Shown one piece after another: positions 38,102 through 49,840 of a stretch of DNA of 64,000 bases. The DNA is from Trichoplax sp. H2 (Eukaryota): the NCBI GenBank assembly GCA_003344405.1, contig NOWV01000249.1:1-64000 (forward strand). Direction: 5' to 3'. Numbering within the stretch: the stretch's first letter is position 1; each line of letters starts with the position of its first letter. Under the pieces are notes generated by a model that worked only from the letters and a program-made list of their open reading frames with translations, searched no databases and was not told where the DNA came from. The position numbers were made by a program, and so were the translations under genes.

Positions 38102-41100
38102 AGTGAAATTAGGTTTTCAAGTGGTCCTTTCGGATTTGCTTTTCCTTTTCTCTTATGCTATCAACTGATTCAATAGATCAATTTTTATGCCTCTTGGTTG
38201 ATATTAATCTATCGCTGTGACCTTTGAAAGGTTAAAATATTCTTTTGCTATCTTGCTGAAATAATATACTATTATTATTACATGTACTCCCATGAATATA
38301 CTAAAAAAATGCAAATTTGATCACAATCAATAATATACAAATAAGTATCCCAAAGATCGGGACGAAAAAGAGCGCTATTATCGTCAGGAAGCTCTTAAAA
38401 TGTTCGTAGTAGCCTAGTGGCTTAAATACTCTGCAAATGTTTGCTTATTGCTGAGTATCGTTAGCATCAATATGATATTTAACTTTTGACGGAGCCTTCA
38501 ACTACAAATTTCAAGATTTCTCTCCTAAAATCGGGATTTGAGCCCCACCAATCTTTAAAAGATCTTTTGGCTTACTATTATGAGTTGGAATGTGGCTTAA
38601 GCAAAGATAATTCAATAAATGTTCGTTCCTTACATAGTCGAAGATAATAACTTCAACATACTCCATGCTAATTAATACTTATGAATATAATATATTATTT
38701 ACTCCATTTTAATTGTCAACAAAGAAGGACGAAAGTTTAGCTTTTACGCATGCTATCATCAATGTAGGATATGATTTAGTGTAATTCGACGACGTGAGAT
38801 AGGATAATTGGATGATAAAAGATAATAAGGAATTACTATATTTTGTGGAAACTAGTGTATAGACAGTACGTATACTTAGCATTACTTATTAAGTCTCTCA
38901 TTGAAATATTAAAATGTAGAATTAATCGTATCTTATCCAATTACTTCGTTTTAGGTTATTCTACTTTAATTTATTCATAGATCATTACTAATTCTAAAGC
39001 ATAGTAAATAGTCGTTTTTATTAAACTAATGTTCGCGTTGCAATACTAAATTAATAAGGTTACTCATGCATATGTTTATCCACTAAATTAATTCTTTTAA
39101 TTTACTGGCAATAGTTGAGAGAAGATAATGTTAATAATATCAGCAGTATGCAACACGCATATATTGACATGATTTTAAAACCGTATCTTAAAGTAATGCT
39201 AGGAATTTAGATATATCTTATCCAAAGCAAATTGTGGAGTGATAATTTAACCAATAAAAATAGTTGAAAGATGAACTATACGATGACAAACTACGCAAAG
39301 TATAACGAGTGAGGGACATACCAGTCTCTACAGTAATAGAATATTCGATAGCCCTAATATACAGGTATAACGTCCTATAGGAGGAAGAATGATGGGTAAT
39401 TAGCAACCAGTAAATTGGTATTTTGAGCTTAAGTTGCCAAATTAGTAAGCGACATTTATTATGTGACAAACATATTATCATTTCTTTCATTAAAGTCATC
39501 GCATAGTAGTTCCTTAGATAAGAAGTCAAGCTGAACAGTTAGAGACTATTTTCATTTTGAATACACAAATTTGTACACAAACTTTACATGAAGTAATAGC
39601 TCTATAATAAAGTACCGTAACTAGACAGAGAAGCTTAAGATATTTGAAGCAATATCAATGTTAATATTTTCATTAATACAGGCAATTTTTTATGTTAATT
39701 TTACTTCCAATAAATGTTTCAATTGTATACTTATGTCAACAAGATTTACAATTTATGAGGACTTTGGCCTCCTAACATTTATTGATTATTAATATAAGTA
39801 AGCTTCCACTAATTTGGCAGACTAACATGTAAGTACAATTAGAATTTAACATACCAGGTAATTCTGTTTAGATACCGATACGGCATTTAAAAACGAATTT
39901 GTCCTAACTTGCATATTTATGAGAACTTGTATGAACATATACAAAATATATCAAAAGCTAAATACGGATTTTAACTTCATAGTGTAATAATATAATTTAT
40001 ACCTAAAGTTTTTGAATACCGATTAAATATAACTTTTCTGATCTTCGAATGAATAGTCTATTCGTTATGATCTGTTGTTGAATATCGTAAAAGTGCCATA
40101 TCGCATATCATAGTGAATCTTTTTAATCTCTCATCTCAAAAACAACGTTAAGTAAACCATTTTATCATTAGTTAGACATGTTCACCATAACAGCTATAAT
40201 CAGTTTCATTGATAAATTCATTATGTACATTAGGGTTACTAAATATTGCAAACACCATAAGGTTAGAGTACAAGTTGTGATGTCATAATTTTCAACGGAA
40301 ATGTATGATAATTCTATACCGTACGGCATCATGATCGCTAATTTTTTCTTTATCTTAGGCTGCAAATATCAACTTCAATATATTACTCGGCGAGAGATCC
40401 TATTCTATCTCCCAAAGGAGATTATTACGATGCCTCTCAACGATTTTTAAGCTACAAACTTGTTTATAAGTGATGAATAAGCTTAGTATCCAATAATTTT
40501 GTGGTGTTAAAATGAATAAACTGCAATTGATTTACCAAAATCGCACATGAAAATTTTTGCTATGCTCCGAATTTTTCATTTCTCGCTTACTTTGACTATG
40601 AAAGTAATGCTAACATGTCTATAAGAACAATGCAGAAATACTTTTTAACATTCCTGACGCCATTATCGGAATTGAGTTTTTCTTAACAGATGATAGTTAA
40701 TACTTTAGCTATGAAATCATTCAGATTATTCTGTACTACAAGTCTTGTTTTATCAAATGATGGACTCGCATTAGATATTAAAAAGAATACCGTGTTCAAT
40801 TATTAATATATTTTAGTGCTTAGCAACAGGTGTACAAAAATTAATAAATTTAATTAACTACAGATAAATCTAAATCAGTCATAATCTAGCTCATTACAAT
40901 GCGATCGAGATTAGATCATAGACATCTCTTACTTCATAAAATATAGTAAAATTTTTTAGAGAACAGTTACATGATGATGGATTGAAAATAATACCATACA
41001 AAAATCAATGCCTACCCTTTCTTTCGAATAGGTAGCTGTTACTTCTCAGTCCAACACTACGAAGATAAATATTATTAAAGGGATGTTATTAAGATTCATA

Positions 41101-41548
41101 AGCGTTCCTAGATACCCCAGAAAATGAGTACGAATATATCGTATTTCGCTGTTGACTTCTCTATATGAAACAGAAATCGAACTCCGAAAAACGATAGATC
41201 GCAAAGATGACCGAATGTCACATCTTGTTAATAAGAGGTAGCTCAGTTTACTTATAATACTATTTACGCTACTTGCGTAGTAATCATATTATTCATATCC
41301 ATGATAGAAAAGGATGATTACAAAATAACTGAAAATTTTTTTATTTCCAGTAATTTTTCGTTGTTAAAAAAGTACATTACATGTTAACGGTATTGTGATA
41401 CATAATAAATTACATTTCACTAAATGTTACAATTCTTCTTAAATAAATAAGAAATAGCATTTAATTGTATCTATTGCTCCTTTAAATTTTAGATGTTGTA
41501 AGCGCCTAAATATTTACCAGGTATGAAAAGTGATGATTATATGAGTAA

Positions 41549-43021
41549 TCACACTCTTCGTACGACTTTTAATATTACTGGATTTTCTGGTATAGCTGTA
41601 AAAATGACAATTGTCGGTAAAGGATTTTCAGTTTGACTAGCTACTTCGAACTTGACTTGTTGTAGTAATCGTACTAAAATTAGTTTTAAATTCATCATTC
41701 CAAGTCTATTGCCTATGCATTTACGAGGGCCATCACTAAATGGTAAAAAGTGACATGGATGACGTTTAGATTTCTGATCGGCTGAAAATCGCTGAGGATC
41801 GAATTTATCAGGATTTTCCCATATATCAGGATCTTCATGGATAGCTTTTACTGCAATTGCAATACCGACACCTTTTGGAAATTGTACGCCGTTAATAACA
41901 CAATCGCTTTTAGCTTCACGTAAGTTAATGTATCCAGCTGAGAAGTAACGAAATGCTTCGTTAATCGTCATTTCTAAGTAGTCTAACTTTTGAATATCGT
42001 TATAGTTTAAATTATCTTCATCAGGACAATATTGATCAATCTCTTCAATGACTTTATCTTGTACATCAGGATTAGTAGCTAAAGCAAATGCTATGAAGGT
42101 TAAGCTAGAAGCTGTAGTATCATATCCTCCGATTAAAAAAGTAAGACAATGTTGTACAATATCGAAATCGCTTATTTTCTCTTTATGTTCTGCTTCGATT
42201 ACTAACTTTAGCATATCAGTTCTAGTAGATAAACCTTGATCTAATTCTCTACGACGAGTTGTGACAATTTTCCTTAACATAGTGGCTAATTTTACGATGG
42301 CTTTGACTTGTTTATAGTTAAAAAGAACGCGAAGTGGTCTGGAAGCCTTTGGTAATGCAATAAATAACGCTGCAATTGGCTTTTTAAGCCCACCCATGAA
42401 GTTATTGATGTGAGTTTGTAATTCGATTTTCTTTTCTTCGTTAGGTTTAACACCAAATAGCGATGATAATGACATATCCATGGCGGTACTATAAAATAGT
42501 TCCCTCACGTTTATAGTATCATCGTCGTTATCGATTTTGTGTAAAACTTTCTCTAACAAATTGCTACTAGCTTCATTAGCGAAGTGAGACATGGCTTTTA
42601 ACTTATTCGGAGAGAAAAGCGGAGTTAGACTTTCACGAGCATGCTTCCAAGTCACGTCGCGAGCATCAATTAAGCCTACGGGCCTATTCGAAGTTGGTAC
42701 TAAATCGATTCTGTTAATAAAATTTTCGGATTGTTTAACTAGAATTTCATAAGCAATATCAGGATCGGCTACGTGGATTATCGGTTTTCGACCGTAGTAT
42801 AATCCAAAAATCTTTCCATACTTTTTAACATGGTCAGTTAAACATAGATGCCTGCGAACATAAACGGTATCCCATAAATTACCGACGATAAACTTGGGTT
42901 TAGGACCAGGTATATTAATCTTATCAAAGTAGGAGTACGGTTTGAGATAGTAGAAATAGAAAATATAAGTAAAAAGTAAAACGACAAAAGTCGAGGATAG
43001 AATGATTAAGGTAATATCCAT
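41549..43021 (-). CDS. Cytochrome P450, CYP3 clan, intronless, 490 aa
   Basis: TM anchor, IPGPKP, WKHAR, GGYDTT, EAFR, PQRF, PFSDGPRKCIG. Confidence 0.96.
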   Translation of the reverse strand: MDITLIILSSTFVVLLFTYIFYFYYLKPYSYFDKINIPGPKPKFIVGNLWDTVYVRRHLCLTDHVKKYGKIFGLYYGRKPIIHVADPDIAYEILVKQSENFINRIDLVPTSNRPVGLIDARDVTWKHARESLTPLFSPNKLKAMSHFANEASSNLLEKVLHKIDNDDDTINVRELFYSTAMDMSLSSLFGVKPNEEKKIELQTHINNFMGGLKKPIAALFIALPKASRPLRVLFNYKQVKAIVKLATMLRKIVTTRRRELDQGLSTRTDMLKLVIEAEHKEKISDFDIVQHCLTFLIGGYDTTASSLTFIAFALATNPDVQDKVIEEIDQYCPDEDNLNYNDIQKLDYLEMTINEAFRYFSAGYINLREAKSDCVINGVQFPKGVGIAIAVKAIHEDPDIWENPDKFDPQRFSADQKSKRHPCHFLPFSDGPRKCIGNRLGMMNLKLILVRLLQQVKFEVASQTENPLPTIVIFTAIPENPVILKVVRRV

Positions 43022-43163
43022 CTTGATGAGCCTACGTCGATGTGTATTTGCTGTATTTTATAATCATAATCGGTAAATTACAGGTTTGCAACCGGATTAA
43101 TTCTTTCAATGCTTAATGAATTATAGTAACAATGCTGACATGGTTGCTAGGCATTATTCGTAA

Positions 43164-43190
43164 AGGTCACACCTAGGGTCATCAGGGTCA
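43164..43190. promoter_or_regulatory. Three direct-repeat nuclear-receptor half-sites (AGGTCA-n6-GGGTCA-n3-GGGTCA)
   Basis: aggtca(43164) caccta gggtca(43176) tca gggtca(43185), 143-169 bp upstream of the CYP ATG. Minus-strand TATAAAA lies at 43062-43056. Confidence 0.55.
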
Positions 43191-44745
43191 TCACAGCCTG
43201 TGGAATCGGTAATAGCGTAATCACAAGTTACTATAAAAGTAATCCCTAAGATAATTAGCAAAGAAAGATTTATGACGTTAGAACTTAGAACGAATCATTT
43301 AATCGCTACCTCGAGTTTAAACTGTAATAATTGCAATAAAGATTCATAATGTAGTACAAATCTAAATCTTGATTGAAGAATTGTTCATAAGAGTAAGCAG
43401 CTTGTAATTATATACTCGTATATATTAACTGGTCACATAGTATAACGATGTACTTTAGCTTCTGACGATTAACCCTTTATGCCCAGATGGCGGTTTAATT
43501 ACCCATCTATATAAGTAGATATTGTTTAGCAGTTCGACAACATAAAATATTCTAGAATATGAACGAGATTATATTTCGTTATCTACTTTTCGTGTAGAAC
43601 AGAAATCGGACCCCTAAGAACAGTAAGTCTTGACGGTATTCAAACTGTAATAAGTTCTGGAGCAAATGTAGAGACAACGTATTAGCAAAAAATAGAACTT
43701 TATCAAGACATAAAGTGCGAACTAATATACATAGACTGAGTATTCTAGAAGGTTCTATATGCATATGAGGTTCAAATACGTGCGCATCTAAGACTGAGCC
43801 TTCCGAAGTAACTCTACTAATACTATGACACAAATATTTCATTATTTTAATAATAAGTTATACTATTTGCTCATGGCTTCGTTAACGCCTCTTACTTAGT
43901 AATTATATTATGTATTCACAAGATAGAGAAGAGAAGTACGAATTTAAGGGTATGTAGAGTTACCAAATATTTTTACGTTTCTAGCAATTGCGAATAGTAG
44001 ACAAGATTATAAGTTAACGGTAATGTGCTGCATGACAAATTACACTTGACCAATATTTATAACTTATCTTAATTAAATAAGTGTGATATATACCGATCAC
44101 GAAATTCCAAAATTAGAAAAAATAAGGGCTTTATTGAATCTTATACAAAGATTAACTACACGCAGCTCTACTCTAGCCGAATACTACTACAAAAGACTTC
44201 TAGAACGAACTAACAGAATAATCTAAAGTTGCATGCTTTTATGCTTTTCGTAGCATTCGCAGCTACAATCCGCACGGCAACCTTTACCTTATTTTATGCA
44301 TAGTTAAATTATTCTTAGTAGCACTATTCTACTGCGGACCATCATTAATCCGATATAGATACGACTACAGTATTTGCGTAGACATTATTCACACCAGCCA
44401 AGGTACAATGAATTAGCCATATCCTAATATATGATTTACAGTTCTATTTTTACCTATAACCTTATTAGTAACTCAACACCTTACTGTATATAGTCATCTG
44501 TACTCTAGCATAGAGTTTATACCACTACAGTCTATAGTTATGGCTACCAAAAATATCTTAGGATAAATATAGAAGTTACGCTACCGTACATTATACTAAA
44601 CATGGCTAACAGTCTACAATCACAATACCAAGTTACATTACAATAAGAAATAGTATTATAATATCTGTTATCCATCGCAATTTTTAGATGTAAGTAAGTA
44701 GTTTAGTACTTAAGCAGACATTAAAAGCGATGATTATATGAGTAA

Positions 44746-46218
44746 TCACGTTCTTCGAACGATTTTTAATATTACTGGATTTTCTGGTATAGCTGTAAAA
44801 ACAACAACTGTCGGTAAAGGATTTTCAGTTTGATTAGCTACTTCGAACTTGACTTGTTGTAGTAATCGTACTAAAATTAGTTTTAAATTCATTATACCAA
44901 GTCTATTGCCTATGCATTTACGAGGGCCATCACTAAATGGTAAAAAGTGACATGGATGACGTTTAGATTTCTGATCGGCTGAAAATCGCTGAGGATCGAA
45001 TTTATCAGGATTTTCCCATATATCAGGATCTTCATGGATAGCTTTTACTGCAATTGCAATACCGACACCTTTTGGAAATTGTACGCCGTTAATAACACAA
45101 TCGCTTTTAGCTTCACGTAGGCTAATGTAGCCAGCTGAGAAGTAACGAAATGCTTCGTTAATCGTCATTTCTAAGTAGTCTAACTTTTGAATATCGTTAT
45201 AGTTTAAATTATCTTCATCAGGACAATATTGATCAATCTCTTCAATGACTTTATCTTGTACATCAGGATTAGTAGCTAAAGCAAATGCTATGAAGGTCAA
45301 GTTAGAAGCTGTAGTATCATATCCTCCGATTAAAAAAGTAAAGCAATGTTGTACAATATCGAAATCGCTTATTTTCTCTTTATGTTCTGCTTCGATTACT
45401 AACTTTAGCATATCAGTTCTAGTAGATAAACCTTGATCTAATTCTCTACGACGAGCTGTGACAATTTCTCTTAGCATAGACGACGCTTTTATGATACCTT
45501 TGACTTGTTTATAAGCGATAAATAAGCTTAGGAATCTGTAAATATTTGGTAATGCAAAAAATAACACTGAAATTGGCCTTCTAATTCCACCCAAGAAGTT
45601 ATTGATGTGAGTTTGTAATTCGATTTTCTTTTCTTCGTTAGGTTTAACACCAAATAGCGATGATAATGACATATCCATGGCGGTACTATAAAATAGTTCC
45701 CTCACGTTTACAGTATCATCGTCGTTATCGATTTTGTGTAAAACTTTCTCTAACAAATTGCTACTAGCTTCATTAGCGAAGTGAGACATGGCTTTTAACT
45801 TATTCGGAGAGAAAAGCGGAGTTAGACTTTCACGAGCATGCTTCCAAGTCACGTCGCGAGCATCAATTAAGCCTACGGGCTGTTTCGAAGTTGGTCCGAA
45901 TTTAATTCTGTTAATAAAATTTTCGGATTGTTTAACTAGAATTTCATAAGCAATATCAGGATCGGCTACGTGGATTATCGGTTTTCGACCGTAGTATAAT
46001 CCAAAAATCTTTCCATACTTTTTAACATGGTCAGTTAAACATAGATGCCTACGAGCATAAACGGTATCCCATAAATTACCGACGATAAACTTGGGTTTAG
46101 GACCAGGTATATTAATCTTATCAAAGTAGGAGTAAGGTTTGAGATAGTAGAAATAGAAAATATAAGTAAAGAGTAAGACAGCAAAAGTCGAGGACAGAAT
46201 GATAAAAGTTATATCCAT
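44746..46218 (-). CDS. Cytochrome P450, CYP3 clan, intronless, 490 aa (close paralogue of 41549-43021)
   Basis: Same motifs as 41549-43021. Start taken at MDITF (46218) by alignment with the paralogue. Confidence 0.96.
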   Translation of the reverse strand: MDITFIILSSTFAVLLFTYIFYFYYLKPYSYFDKINIPGPKPKFIVGNLWDTVYARRHLCLTDHVKKYGKIFGLYYGRKPIIHVADPDIAYEILVKQSENFINRIKFGPTSKQPVGLIDARDVTWKHARESLTPLFSPNKLKAMSHFANEASSNLLEKVLHKIDNDDDTVNVRELFYSTAMDMSLSSLFGVKPNEEKKIELQTHINNFLGGIRRPISVLFFALPNIYRFLSLFIAYKQVKGIIKASSMLREIVTARRRELDQGLSTRTDMLKLVIEAEHKEKISDFDIVQHCFTFLIGGYDTTASNLTFIAFALATNPDVQDKVIEEIDQYCPDEDNLNYNDIQKLDYLEMTINEAFRYFSAGYISLREAKSDCVINGVQFPKGVGIAIAVKAIHEDPDIWENPDKFDPQRFSADQKSKRHPCHFLPFSDGPRKCIGNRLGIMNLKLILVRLLQQVKFEVANQTENPLPTVVVFTAIPENPVILKIVRRT

Positions 46219-46311
46219 ATTTGCGAGATTTGACAAACGTATTATAACTGTAGATGTAATCAGCGTGCAACTACTGTAATAACTGTAGATGCAATGACCG
46301 TGCAACTACTC

Positions 46312-46660
46312 TAATAGTAATACAGTGCCTACCGCTTTATAAGCCCACCTGCGAAGATATATCCTTTTACGGGTATACAGTACTGTATGTTACATAAATA
46401 TTATACAGGCATTTCAACGGAATACAGTATTACTGTAATAGTAATACAGTAGCTACCGCTCTATAAGCCCACCTGCGGATATCCTTCTACGGGTATACTG
46501 TATGTTACATAAATATTATACCGGCATTTCAACGGAATACAGTACTACTGTAATAGTAATAGTAATACAGTAGCTGCCGCTCTATAAGCCCACCTACGGA
46601 GATATCCTTCTACGGGTATATGTTATATACAGTAAATATTATACAGGCATTTCAATGGAA
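46312..46660. repeat. Tandem triplication, 3 x ~120 bp, in CYP promoter
   Basis: taatagtaatacagt...tataagcccacct...ggcatttcaa.ggaa starts at 46312, 46436 and ~46557. Confidence 0.9.
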
Positions 46661-47490
46661 CTAGTCCAAACTCCTGTCGCTTTGCTGACGGTTTACGATA
46701 ATGTGCCCATTTATTAATAATTAACAGATAGTATTACCATTCGACATTATATATATCCCGGTAATAGCCGGGTACTACTATATTTAAAACTGATTGATTT
46801 AATGTACGTATTGATCGTGCATTTCCACGTTGTTCACTTCGCTTTCGCCTATCAGATCGCTGACTAACTGACATTATCCTCTTAGAAACACTTTTTGTTA
46901 TATGATACATAGCAATCAAAAATAACCGGGACAGGGGAACTACTGTAGAGTTACACTACGAAATGCATGAGAGCAATAGAACTAATAGTACCTACTAATG
47001 TGTATCAATCACTTATACCTTCTCAATAATATTTACATAAACCCTAGAGATCATTCATTTCTACACCAATTCAAATTTCCTTAAGTAACTTTCGCATTAG
47101 TACGTTTACCGAATAAGGATGGTTACTATATACAGTATTAATGCTATGTTAAGGTTGGTAAGCGAAACTGTCAAATATACGTTTATGCTCAATTTGTTAA
47201 TAAAATTAACAGATAGTATTATCATTTGATATTATATATATCCCGGTAATAGTAATGTACTATGCTATATTAAGATTAGTGTACAGAATAAATGGTGTTC
47301 TACCAGCATGACAGGAAGTAGCATAAGAAGCATATCAGTAACACTCATATTATTCAGATTCCGGAATTGATAACGGACTACGTATGTCCACCAATGTCAA
47401 ATCCTTTTCAAGCTTTACTGTTGCAGTAATAACTTTATTCTTTTCCACTAAATGACTAAGAACATGAGTGACAGTTGATGGAAAATTACT

Positions 47491-48966
47491 TTATTGCGTC
47501 CTATGAACAATCTTCAGATATACCGGATTTTCTGGTACAACAGTAAATTGTATTACCGTTGGTAACGGGATCTCGGTCTCTTTAGCCACATCAAATTTCA
47601 CTCGTTGTAATAATCTTGCTAAGATTAGTTTCATGTTCATCCAGCCCAATCTTATACCTATGCATTTTCGAGGGCCTTCGCTAAATGGTAGAAAATGACA
47701 AGGGTGACGATTAGCATTAGCTTCAGGTGAAAATCTCTCTGGATCAAATTTGTCTGGATTCTCCCATACATCAGGATCTTCATGAATAGCTTTAACAGCA
47801 ATGGCAACACCAACACCTTTCGGAAATCGTACGCCGCGAATAGTGCAATCTTCCTTCGCTTCGCGAAGATTGATATAGCCAGGTGAGTAATAACGTAACG
47901 TTTCATTTAGTACCATGTCCATATAAGTTAACTTTTGAACATCGTTGTAAGTCAGATTGCTTACATCGGGGCAATGCTGGTCGATTTCTTCAATGAGCTT
48001 GTCTTGGACATCAGGATTAGTAGCTAAGGAAAATACGGCATAAGTCAAGGTAGCAGCAGTAGTGTCGTAACCACCAACCAAGAACGTAAAGCAATGTTGT
48101 ACAATATCTCGATCCGTAATCTTGTCTTTATGTTCAGCCTCGATGACTAATTTGAGCATGTCAGTTCTAGTGGTAACGCCTTGCTGAAGTTCTTGACGAC
48201 GCGTCTTGATAATTTGTTGCAAAATAGAATGCGTCTTGACAATACCAAATACTTGCTTACGAGCAAAAAAAACACTTAGCAAAATGAAAACTTTAGGTAG
48301 CGCAATCGACCAAGCAGAAAATGGGCGAGCAAGTCCTGTTATAAAGTCAGAAAAGCCTGCTTCGAATTCATCTCTTTTTTTTTCGTCTGCTTCAATACCA
48401 AACATGGACGTTAAAGACATTTCCATAGCGGTACTATAAAACAGCTTTTTCATATCCAATACAGCACTACGTAGTTCAGTATTCTCAAGTATTTTATTCA
48501 ATAAATTGAAACCAGCATTATTTGCGAATTGAGACATCGCTTTTAGCTTAGTAGGAGAGAATAACGGTGTCAAGCTTGTTCGCGCATTTTTCCAATCCTC
48601 ATCACGAGCTTCCATCAAGCCTACAGGTCTATCAAAGCTCGGCACCAAGTTAACTCGATTTAAAAATTTGTCTGATTGTTTTAGCAAAATCTCGCTTACA
48701 ATATCGATATCAGCAACATGGATGATGGGAATCTGACCATAAAATAGCCCGACTACCTTGCCATATTTTTTAAAGTATTTATTTAAGCACCTATGACGAT
48801 GGCCATAGCTGCTATCGAACAAGTTACCGAAAATATATTTAGGTTTAGGCCCTGGTATATTGAATTTGTCAAAGTAAGAGTATGGTTTCACATAGTAATG
48901 ATAAATATAATATAAAAGAGAAGCAGTGGTAAAACCAAGTATCGTTGTGTAGACTGAATTATCCAT
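47491..48966 (-). CDS. Cytochrome P450, CYP3 clan, intronless, 491 aa
   Basis: Start MDNSVY (48966). Motifs IPGPKP, WKNAR, GGYDTT, ETLR, PERF, PFSEGPRKCIG. Confidence 0.96.
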   Translation of the reverse strand: MDNSVYTTILGFTTASLLYYIYHYYVKPYSYFDKFNIPGPKPKYIFGNLFDSSYGHRHRCLNKYFKKYGKVVGLFYGQIPIIHVADIDIVSEILLKQSDKFLNRVNLVPSFDRPVGLMEARDEDWKNARTSLTPLFSPTKLKAMSQFANNAGFNLLNKILENTELRSAVLDMKKLFYSTAMEMSLTSMFGIEADEKKRDEFEAGFSDFITGLARPFSAWSIALPKVFILLSVFFARKQVFGIVKTHSILQQIIKTRRQELQQGVTTRTDMLKLVIEAEHKDKITDRDIVQHCFTFLVGGYDTTAATLTYAVFSLATNPDVQDKLIEEIDQHCPDVSNLTYNDVQKLTYMDMVLNETLRYYSPGYINLREAKEDCTIRGVRFPKGVGVAIAVKAIHEDPDVWENPDKFDPERFSPEANANRHPCHFLPFSEGPRKCIGIRLGWMNMKLILARLLQRVKFDVAKETEIPLPTVIQFTVVPENPVYLKIVHRTQ

Positions 48967-49281
48967 TTTCCAATATTTTTTCAGTGTTGATGCAGCATAC
49001 GATATGAACAACCGAACATTGATCGCATGAATTACCTTCAATCCTTTATAAGAGTAGCAAGCCTTGTACAGTGTAAATGTAGACCTTAATACACCTATCA
49101 GTGATTTAGTGTTAAGGCTCTTACTCTGTATGATAACATTCCGACGATGCAAACGTTGCCAAGGTTAATCCGAGAAAACTACTGGTGTAGCTGCAAGTCT
49201 GCAACCTTTCAATACCTTCTGTGTTTACAAATGTCCGACATGCAGATTGTTGAGCCTTATTCAACAAACAAGTCATGTGCA

Positions 49282-49370
49282 ACACACACCCTCACGAGTC
49301 ACGGTCAGTTGCTGTACTGTACTGTACTTGTACAGTACAGCAACTGACCGTGACTCGTGAGGATGTGTGT
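49282..49370. repeat. Long inverted repeat/hairpin
   Basis: 49290-49322 is the exact reverse complement of 49330-49362 (33 bp, 7-nt loop). The arms extend to 41 bp with one mismatch. Confidence 0.95.
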
Positions 49371-49840
49371 ACAGTGTACAGTATACAGTATGACATACAG
49401 TACAGTATAGACATCCAGTATACAGTACAGTGTACAGTAACTGTACTGTACAGTACTGTACTGTACTGTACAGTAAATCAGTACAGTCTACTGTAGAGTA
49501 CAGTACTGTACAGTTGTGAAACAAGAATTTCTACAGTACTGTAGAGTACTGTACTGTACTGTAGAGTGCAAATTCTACAGTGTACAGTACAGTACAGTAC
49601 TGTACGTACGTTCGAATTCTACGGTACAGGGTGTAGTACTGTACAGCACAGCTGAAACATCTCAACTTGTCAAGTGATAGTTCTACCAGGGGCTTGTAAG
49701 ACAAGAATTATTTACTGTAGTCTTGCAAGTCTCCGGTTCTACTGTACAGTACAGTACCACCTGATTTTGTTACAGTATACAGAACAGTACTGAATGGCAA
49801 CCTCAGATCTGTCTATCTAGTACAATACAGTACTGTACTA
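49371..49840. repeat. Dense TACTG/CAGTA array between divergent CYP genes
   Basis: For example ctgtactgtacagtactgtactgtactgtacag at 49441 and tgtacagtacagtacagtactgtac at 49581. Confidence 0.9.

Noticed and set aside
46713..47272. ~75-bp diverged duplicate (46713 and 47196); also a ~67-bp diverged pair near 55195-55320
   Set aside because: Real but short, with no evident function.
42048..48439. Short ORFs at 42048, 45245, 47658 and 48206, and the N-terminal extensions of CYP ORFs (to 46305 and 49152)
   Set aside because: Shadow frames of CYP coding sequence; the extensions precede the aligned Met and membrane anchor.
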